Source: Candidatus Omnitrophota bacterium (GTDB lineage Bacteria > Omnitrophota > Gorgyraeia > Zapsychrales > Fredricksoniimonadaceae). From it: a DNA stretch of 47,100 nucleotides. Position numbers and translations under genes: made by a program. The stretch lies in NCBI GenBank assembly GCA_002753745.1, contig PEAR01000002.1, positions 1 through 47,100 of the forward strand, written 5' to 3'. A model generated the notes under the pieces. It did not search any database, was not told where the DNA came from, and saw only the letters and a list, made by a program, of their open reading frames with translations. Shown here in pieces: positions 41,112-47,100 of this stretch. Each line of letters opens with the position of its first letter. Position 1 is the first letter of the stretch.

Positions 41112-42845
41112 TTATCCCAGCGTAACGCCGTAAACTTCCTCAAGACTGGTGGTACCCGCCTCAACCTTGCGAATACCCGCCTCAAACAATGTCATCATGC
41201 CGTTCTTGCGGGCCGCATCGCGCAGTTCCGTATAAGAGCCGTTGCGGGAAATAAGCCGGCGCATATCATCGTCGATCATCAGCACTTCAGCAATGACCAT
41301 GCGGCCACGATAACCGGTATGTGAACACTTATCACACCCTTTAGCGCGATAAATAAGCTCCGTCTTAAGCTTCAGATCGCCCATCTCTTCCGCCTTGGGC
41401 TCATACGGCTCCTTGCAATGCGGGCAAAGCTTTCGCCCCAGGCGCTGGGCCACGATCATGGTTAACGACGGCGTTAACAAATACGTTGAAATACCGATGT
41501 CGAGCAAACGGGTAATCGCCGATGGCGCATCATTCGTGTGAAGCGTACTTAACACGAAATGCCCCGTTAAAGCGGCCCGGGTACAGATCTGGGCAGTATC
41601 CAGGTCGCGCACCTCACCGACCATGATGATATCCGGGTCTTGACGCAAAAAAGACCGTAACGCTTCCGCAAATGTAAACCCGATATCGGTTCGGATCTGG
41701 ACCTGGTTAATGCCATCAATACGAAACTCCACCGGATCTTCAGCTGTAATGATATTTTTGGTCGGATCGATAACCTCGCTCAACGCCGAATACAATGTGG
41801 TGGACTTACCGCTGCCGGTAGGACCGGTAACAAAAAACAACCCATAAGGAACTTGCAGCCCTTTACGAATTAGCTCCAGCTGACTCGGCTCGAACCCCAG
41901 CGTAGCCAGATTTAACTTGATCGCTTCCCGGTCAAGAATACGCATGACGATCTTTTCTCCCCACACTGTGGGCAGTGATGAAATACGCAGGTCGACCGTG
42001 CGGTCCTCAAGCTTGGCCGAAATCCGGCCGTCCTGCGGCAATCGTTTCTCGGAAATGTCGAGCTTGGCCAGAATTTTGATACGTGAAATGATCGGTAAAT
42101 GCAAATGCTTGGCCGGCGGCGGGATCTGATACAGTTCGCCGTCGATGCGGTAACGCACCTCGATTTTGTCCTTGAACGGTTCAATATGAATATCGCTGGC
42201 ACGCTCGTCGATAGCCTGACGGATGATAAGGTCAACCAGTTTTATGACCGGAGCTTCTTCAGCCTTGGCAATAACTTTATCAAGACTCAGCTCCGCTTCC
42301 CCGCCTTCTTCGGTAACCAACACCGCAGAGGCCGGCGACAACTCCCGGGAACGCTGCAAGGCCTCACCCCATAAAACGTTGCCGCCGGCTTTGGAGTCGC
42401 CGGAAAGATTCCCGTAAAACTCAAGAATGCCTTTTAACAAATCGCTACGCGAGGCAATAACAAAGTTGATCTCACAACCAGTGATCTTCTTGAGATTATC
42501 GATCATCATCAGATCAAACGGATTAAAGATCCCGCAGGATAATGAATTCATGTTGCGGTTCAGCGGCAGCACCAGATGCTCTTTGGCAAATTCATACGGA
42601 ATAAGTTTTTCAAGATGCTGTTCGCGCTGTGGTGTGAGCATTCCCGAGGCTCGCGAAGCATAAGGAATAAGTAGCTGAGTACCGATCGCCGCGGCCAGGT
42701 CCTCTTCTTTTAAAATGCCTTTGTTGACCAGAATCTCGCCAACATAGATCTTCTCGGCCTTCTGGGCTTCCAGAGCCTCTTTAAACTGGGCCTCAGTGAT
42801 GAGCCCCTGCTTGATCAGAATTTCACCCAAACGAAGACGCGCCAT
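41112..42845 (-). CDS. Type IV pilus / T2SS assembly ATPase (PilB/GspE family) with MshEN-like N-terminal domain, 577 aa
   Basis: Walker A GPTGSGKSTTLY. Asp and His boxes (IMVGEVRD, TGHFVLSTLHTND). Tetracysteine CPHC ... CDKC. N-terminal tandem RLGEILIKQGLI.../VGEILVNKGIL... motifs. Confidence 0.93.
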   Translation of the reverse strand: MARLRLGEILIKQGLITEAQFKEALEAQKAEKIYVGEILVNKGILKEEDLAAAIGTQLLIPYASRASGMLTPQREQHLEKLIPYEFAKEHLVLPLNRNMNSLSCGIFNPFDLMMIDNLKKITGCEINFVIASRSDLLKGILEFYGNLSGDSKAGGNVLWGEALQRSRELSPASAVLVTEEGGEAELSLDKVIAKAEEAPVIKLVDLIIRQAIDERASDIHIEPFKDKIEVRYRIDGELYQIPPPAKHLHLPIISRIKILAKLDISEKRLPQDGRISAKLEDRTVDLRISSLPTVWGEKIVMRILDREAIKLNLATLGFEPSQLELIRKGLQVPYGLFFVTGPTGSGKSTTLYSALSEVIDPTKNIITAEDPVEFRIDGINQVQIRTDIGFTFAEALRSFLRQDPDIIMVGEVRDLDTAQICTRAALTGHFVLSTLHTNDAPSAITRLLDIGISTYLLTPSLTMIVAQRLGRKLCPHCKEPYEPKAEEMGDLKLKTELIYRAKGCDKCSHTGYRGRMVIAEVLMIDDDMRRLISRNGSYTELRDAARKNGMMTLFEAGIRKVEAGTTSLEEVYGVTLG

Positions 42846-42853
42846 AAACAGCC

Positions 42854-44335
42854 CTATTCTTCCTTACGAAAACGTTTAACAGCATCCATCTCTTTGTCGA
42901 TAAGACCGGAACGCATATCGGGAAAAGACTGCTCGCGCATTTTTAAATTACGATCTTCGATCTTCTTTAGCTCACCGGGAACGAGTTCGTCAGCCCCGAG
43001 AACCCGGGGAGTCAAAAAAACCATGAGCTCCCGCTCATCATTCTGATCACTCTTATGTTTAAAGAAAAAACCCAACAGCGGGATCTTGCTTAAAAAAGGA
43101 ACACTGGAATGAGCACTGCTGTCCGTGCGTCGGAGCAAACCGCCAATAACCACCGTTTTACCATTTGGGACAAGCAATGTCACTTTAACACTGCGTTCTT
43201 CAGGATCTCTGTACGTTGTTACTATACCGTTAATAGTAATAGATTTCGGGCCTCCTGCATCGGTCGCTTTTGGTTCAACAGATAGGAGAATTTCGTTAGT
43301 CACCGGATTGATCTGGGGCGTCACCGTCAGCTGAACGCCCGTTGAACTCCTTTCCAGAGTAATGCTGGATGGCGTCGAACCCGACGCCATCACTGTTGTC
43401 CCGCCGATTACCTGATTGGTTGTGATCTGGATCGTCGCCGTTTGATTGTCAGCCGTAATAACACGGGGACGTGAAAGGGTTTTTGTTAAGGCGTCCTGTT
43501 TCAAAAAATCCAGGATCAGCGCAGAATTGGCAAAATTAAGGCTGCCGGATGAATTTTCAATCATGTCACCAGAAGTTTTATCCGTACTCGTCAGATTAAG
43601 ATTTACACCTGTAACATGACTGGATCGCCAGGGATAGTCTAAATTTTTATTCGTAGAATTAACCAAAGCAGCAAAATTAATTTTTGACCCAAGCGTATCA
43701 AGCGTCGTTTTACTAACATCCAGCAATTCCATCTGGATTAAAACTTGTCGGATAGGAACATCAAGTTTGGCCAGCATGCGCTCAATCTCGGGAAATTGCT
43801 CTTTAACATCCGTCACAATAATACTGTTTGTCCGCGTCTCGTCAACAAGCTTACCTTTAGGACTAAGCACTGTCTGTAAAGACGCACTGAAAGAACCACC
43901 GCCGGTCTTGACTTTGGATGAATCCAGCGACGCGTACTTCAAGGGATAGACTCGCGTGATAAGATTACTGGCTGCTTCCTTATCTTTATCGATCTTCATG
44001 ATCGTAATAAGATTCATGTCACGGTCAAAGGTAAATGTCAGCTCGCAAGACGCCAGGACTTTCTTTAACGCCTGTTCAACCGGCACATCATTAAGCAAAA
44101 CCGTAATTTTATCGTCGGGAACATTTTTCTCGAAAATAAAATTCGCCCCCATCTGCTTGGAAAAGATCTTGAGGATATCCTTCAGGCTCGCATCCTTAAG
44201 GTCGATCGTGATCCTTTTGGAGTATTCCGGCAAAATGAATCCGGCATCGTCGTCCTGACCCTGGGCAGCGTAAAGAACCGGCCCCGGCACAAAAAGCAAC
44301 GAAAAGATTAAGCAGGAAAGGTAGAATTTAGTCAT
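42854..44335 (-). CDS. Outer-membrane secretin (PilQ/GspD family), 493 aa
   Basis: Signal peptide. An N0/STN-like domain (IDLKDASLKDILKIFSKQMGANFIF). The C-terminal secretin core ends in VPFLSKIPLLGFFFK......ERELMVFLTPRVL. Confidence 0.9.
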   Translation of the reverse strand: MTKFYLSCLIFSLLFVPGPVLYAAQGQDDDAGFILPEYSKRITIDLKDASLKDILKIFSKQMGANFIFEKNVPDDKITVLLNDVPVEQALKKVLASCELTFTFDRDMNLITIMKIDKDKEAASNLITRVYPLKYASLDSSKVKTGGGSFSASLQTVLSPKGKLVDETRTNSIIVTDVKEQFPEIERMLAKLDVPIRQVLIQMELLDVSKTTLDTLGSKINFAALVNSTNKNLDYPWRSSHVTGVNLNLTSTDKTSGDMIENSSGSLNFANSALILDFLKQDALTKTLSRPRVITADNQTATIQITTNQVIGGTTVMASGSTPSSITLERSSTGVQLTVTPQINPVTNEILLSVEPKATDAGGPKSITINGIVTTYRDPEERSVKVTLLVPNGKTVVIGGLLRRTDSSAHSSVPFLSKIPLLGFFFKHKSDQNDERELMVFLTPRVLGADELVPGELKKIEDRNLKMREQSFPDMRSGLIDKEMDAVKRFRKEE

Positions 44336-44805
44336 TATTTCTCCTGATCTGTATGAATGGTAAATGGCATATTCCTGTATCTTACATCGACCTCATCTTT
44401 GTCGATCTTAAGGATCAGAACTTTGGCGCCGGCGTAATCGATCGACTGGCCCTGCTCGACCACCTCGCCGTTAATGATCGCCATCGGATGATCAATGCTA
44501 AAAAGGATCCCGGAAATGGCTAACGCCGGAGCCTCAATCTTGGGAGGCGGAGGTTTCGGCGTCGGCGTTGGCAACGGTTCCGGCGGCTTTACCACAACAG
44601 GACCAGGCGTCGGCGTCGGTTCCGGCGGAGCTTTAATTTTCGAAACAAACGGATCTGCCAGCGCCCGGATCGACCGTTCGATCGCATCAATCGACGCCCC
44701 ACTGGGCAGCGAATCGCCCTGGGCCGGCAGCGCCATAAAACAAAGTCCCATGACAGCGTAGAACACTGCCAGCGGCTTTCCGCTATTTTCGATGAGTTTT
44801 TTCAT
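44335..44805 (-). CDS. Secreted proline-rich protein, PilP/GspC-like candidate, 156 aa
   Basis: Signal peptide (…MALPAQG|D). A Pro/Thr linker PPEPTPTPGPVVVKPPEPLPTPTPKPPPPK. A small beta-rich C-terminal domain (ISGILFS...MAIINGEVVEQGQSI...KVLKIDKDEVDV). Located between the PilO-like protein and the secretin. The function call rests on position and architecture only. Confidence 0.4.
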   Translation of the reverse strand: MKKLIENSGKPLAVFYAVMGLCFMALPAQGDSLPSGASIDAIERSIRALADPFVSKIKAPPEPTPTPGPVVVKPPEPLPTPTPKPPPPKIEAPALAISGILFSIDHPMAIINGEVVEQGQSIDYAGAKVLILKIDKDEVDVRYRNMPFTIHTDQEK

Positions 44806-45469
44806 TGTCCAGAATCTCGATTGATGACACGGTCATCGTGATCTCCAGTTTCGAAGTCCCACTCCCTTTTGACATTGATTCGCCGGGGATTCGACCTCTA
44901 AAAGCGCCACTATTGTCGTTCCGCCCGGACTGCAGGATCTTCAAGGCGTCGACTTTTAACGCATATTCAGACTGCTCAATATCATCAAGTAACAACAAAG
45001 CTTCCTGAAACGTATTGACCGAGCACGACAACTGTATCGTTATCCGCCTAAAAAAACCGTTATCAACCGTCTGTGGCGGCGTGATCGACGTTATCTGGAT
45101 ACTGCGTTTGTTGGCCAGCAGCGTAAAATACGAAATGACTCTCTCTTCCAGTAAAGGATAGGGAATGTTTTCAAACAAGGTCTCGTTTTCAGCCGTTGCG
45201 GTTTTCAGTTTCTTAGCCGGCGACTCTTTCTCAGCCATTTGCTGGATTTCAGTATTCAACGCATCGGTTTTTGCAAACTGGACACTAAGGTACTGCCAAA
45301 TGCCTCCCAGGGTTAAAAACACGAAACCAACACAAAATATCCCCGTCTTATTACCCAGCAAAAAATCCCGCACCGAAGAAATAGAAATGCTTACCTTGGG
45401 CGCCGTCTTCCCGCCCATTTTCCCCATGCCGCCGAACTTGTTGTTGTCGCTGAATTTAAATTGAACCAT
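44783..45469 (-). CDS. PilO/GspM-like bitopic inner-membrane protein, 228 aa
   Basis: A short cytoplasmic N-terminus, one TM (IFCVGFVFLTLGGIWQYL), a coiled-coil segment and a ferredoxin-like C-terminal region (FFRRITIQLSCSVNTFQEALLLLDDIE). Position after the PilMN gene. Confidence 0.5.
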   Translation of the reverse strand: MVQFKFSDNNKFGGMGKMGGKTAPKVSISISSVRDFLLGNKTGIFCVGFVFLTLGGIWQYLSVQFAKTDALNTEIQQMAEKESPAKKLKTATAENETLFENIPYPLLEERVISYFTLLANKRSIQITSITPPQTVDNGFFRRITIQLSCSVNTFQEALLLLDDIEQSEYALKVDALKILQSGRNDNSGAFRGRIPGESMSKGSGTSKLEITMTVSSIEILDNEKTHRK

Positions 45470-45479
45470 TAAAAACCCT

Positions 45480-47069
45480 TCATTTGAACTCTAAAGTAAA
45501 AGCCGTCGCGCGTTGTCTTTGCCCGATATCCACGGACTGTAAATTCTTTATTTTGATCTCGGCAAAAACTCCTTTAAACTCGGGCACGCTTTTGATCAAT
45601 TCAAGGAATTGGTTGACCAGCTCGAATTCGGCATTTGAATCATTTAACGAAGCATACCCGGAAAGGCTGATAGACAATGATTTCTTAACCGGATAATAGT
45701 CTGCCGCAACCAAACGCTTTTTTTCCTTGGGTTGGTCCCGGGAAACAATGCTGGTATCGGGATAAGAAACATCCATCGAATTAAACCAGATCGCCTCAGG
45801 CGTAATTTGGGCAAGCTTGATCATTAATGGCGTTAAAGAACTTTTCAACGGAAGGCTTTTGACCGCCGCCACCTTTTTGGTCAGGAAATTAAGTTTTGAA
45901 TCGATGTCTTCCTGGGAAACGTCCAGATAACGACCGAGCCGGGAAGCCGCTTCTTGCTTAACAGCCTCTTTTGAACGAAGCTGATCATTTGTCCACCACC
46001 ATGCCAGAAAAGCCAAGGCAGCGCAGAAAGCAACGCAACAGACGACCGCCAGAATCTGGGGCGCGAATAAATTGATATTGACCTTTTCTTTCTTTTTCTG
46101 ATGACCACCCGAACTGGACTCACTCAGATTAAAATCAATAACCAAAGGCACCGCGCCAGAAAGTCCGGCGCCAAAAGCCTGTAGATACCCGATATTCGTC
46201 AGAACATTGAACTTTCCCATCACCTGCTCAGGGCCAATAACCTGAACAGGAAGATTTATATCCTCAGACATCCCGTCGTACAAAGGCTCGACAGTCTCGG
46301 ATGAGATCGCCACCACCTTCTGCACATCAATCCCGGCGTTATGACGGGAAAAGAAGTCCAGCGACATCCTGACTTCGTTAAAAAGCTTGGCCCGGGTAAA
46401 TTCAACCGTATCACCAGTCGAGCCCGGCTGTGATGAACGCAAGGTGAAATCGCGAATAAATTTCGCATAACCCTGAGAAAAAATCGAGATCTCACCCATA
46501 TCCTGATGCGTGGTCAGGACGGCGGTGACTTTATCAGTCGTAACAAGCTTCTGAGCAACAAGGCCGCGCAAAAGACTCATGGCCGACGGTTCACTGTAAA
46601 CAACATTGATCCCGGCCTGGTATAGAATGTCAGTGTAATGCTGGTAAAGTTCGCGACGGATCGCGGTGAACGCAATCCCGATATGGCGCGTCCCCTCAAT
46701 GCTTATGGTCGATGGATAGTAATTAAAAACCAGGCTTTCGACAGGAAACGGCACATACTTCTTGGCTTCAAACATGACAACGCCCTGAACTTCATCAGGT
46801 TTTACCCAGGGAATTACAAACCAGCGTACGATGATGTCGTTTGACGGCAATGAAAGAAAAGCATTCGCGGCAGAAAATGAGGCGGAACTCAAGGCCTTAT
46901 GAAGGAGATTAATAGCATGAAGATCTTTGGCTATAATTTCGGTATTCTGCTCTGCTCCGGTATTCGTAAAAGAAACGAATGAGGAAAAAAGAGGGACGTC
47001 CTTTTTCAGCTCGACAAGGCTGATCCCGGCGTTGCTCCAATAAATACCTAGTTTGCGCTGATTATCCAT
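45480..47069 (-). CDS. PilM-PilN fusion protein (GspL-like architecture), 529 aa
   Basis: Residues 1 to about 320 look like the actin-like ATPase fold of PilM (GIYWSNAGISLVEL, FEAKKYVPFPVESLVFNYY, LYQAGINVVYSEPSAMSLLRGL). A Lys-rich linker follows, then one TM (ILAVVCCVAFCAALAFLAWWW) and a periplasmic domain of about 170 aa in the PilN position. Confidence 0.65.
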   Translation of the reverse strand: MDNQRKLGIYWSNAGISLVELKKDVPLFSSFVSFTNTGAEQNTEIIAKDLHAINLLHKALSSASFSAANAFLSLPSNDIIVRWFVIPWVKPDEVQGVVMFEAKKYVPFPVESLVFNYYPSTISIEGTRHIGIAFTAIRRELYQHYTDILYQAGINVVYSEPSAMSLLRGLVAQKLVTTDKVTAVLTTHQDMGEISIFSQGYAKFIRDFTLRSSQPGSTGDTVEFTRAKLFNEVRMSLDFFSRHNAGIDVQKVVAISSETVEPLYDGMSEDINLPVQVIGPEQVMGKFNVLTNIGYLQAFGAGLSGAVPLVIDFNLSESSSGGHQKKKEKVNINLFAPQILAVVCCVAFCAALAFLAWWWTNDQLRSKEAVKQEAASRLGRYLDVSQEDIDSKLNFLTKKVAAVKSLPLKSSLTPLMIKLAQITPEAIWFNSMDVSYPDTSIVSRDQPKEKKRLVAADYYPVKKSLSISLSGYASLNDSNAEFELVNQFLELIKSVPEFKGVFAEIKIKNLQSVDIGQRQRATAFTLEFK

Positions 47070-47100
47070 TATTTAAATAGTCCTTTGTTAACATTACAGC

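Noticed and set aside
44495-44761. The plus-strand 88 aa Gly-rich ORF (GGGGFGVGVGNGSGG...).
   Set aside because: It is the antisense reading of the Pro/Thr-rich linker of the PilP-like gene. It is a compositional mirror artefact.
1-47100. CRISPR arrays, IS elements or transposases, integrases, prophage genes, toxin-antitoxin pairs, tRNA or rRNA genes.
   Set aside because: Reading through the intergenic regions and the ORF translations showed no repeat-spacer periodicity, no DDE or tyrosine-recombinase-like proteins and no cloverleaf-sized conserved RNA segments. The only dispersed repeat is the pilin duplication.

Overview
All convincing genes in this 47.1 kb window lie on the minus strand and are tightly packed, often with 4-17 nt overlaps. 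No rRNA, tRNA, CRISPR array, transposase or integrase was recognised. In transcription order (high to low coordinates) there are three blocks. (1) 47069-37348: a compact type IV pilus / type II secretion-like apparatus. It comprises a PilM-PilN fusion (GspL-like), PilO-like and PilP-like proteins, a secretin, a PilB/GspE ATPase with an MshEN-type N-terminus, a PilC/GspF platform protein, a major pilin and four minor pilins. (2) 36632-12982: after an interposed rsmE, a more AT-rich glycosylation island of about 24 kb. It encodes two TMTC/PMT-like GT-C membrane proteins with TPR tails, a second 89%-identical copy of the major pilin followed by a 561 aa polytopic protein, and a YfhO-like 796 aa membrane protein. 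It also encodes a KdsC-family phosphatase, an acetolactate-synthase-like ThDP enzyme, three tandem radical SAM enzymes with SPASM/twitch-like Cys motifs, two B12-binding radical SAM enzymes and two SAM methyltransferases. A GtrB-like GT2 plus GtrA, a Nudix protein, a short SDR and an RfbH/E1-type 3-dehydrase complete it. (3) 12870-1: housekeeping genes recA-recX-alaS-hisDBHAF-trpE, rpsP, yajC-secDF and the start of an mfd-like gene. The most interesting hypothesis is an undescribed pilin (or other periplasmic protein) O-glycosylation system. In this model a heavily tailored deoxy-sugar is loaded onto polyprenyl phosphate and transferred by TMTC-like, YfhO-like or unknown GT-C enzymes. The secretin indicates a diderm bacterium, but the lineage cannot be determined from the sequence alone. 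All functional calls rest on motif recognition by eye, and no database searches were run.
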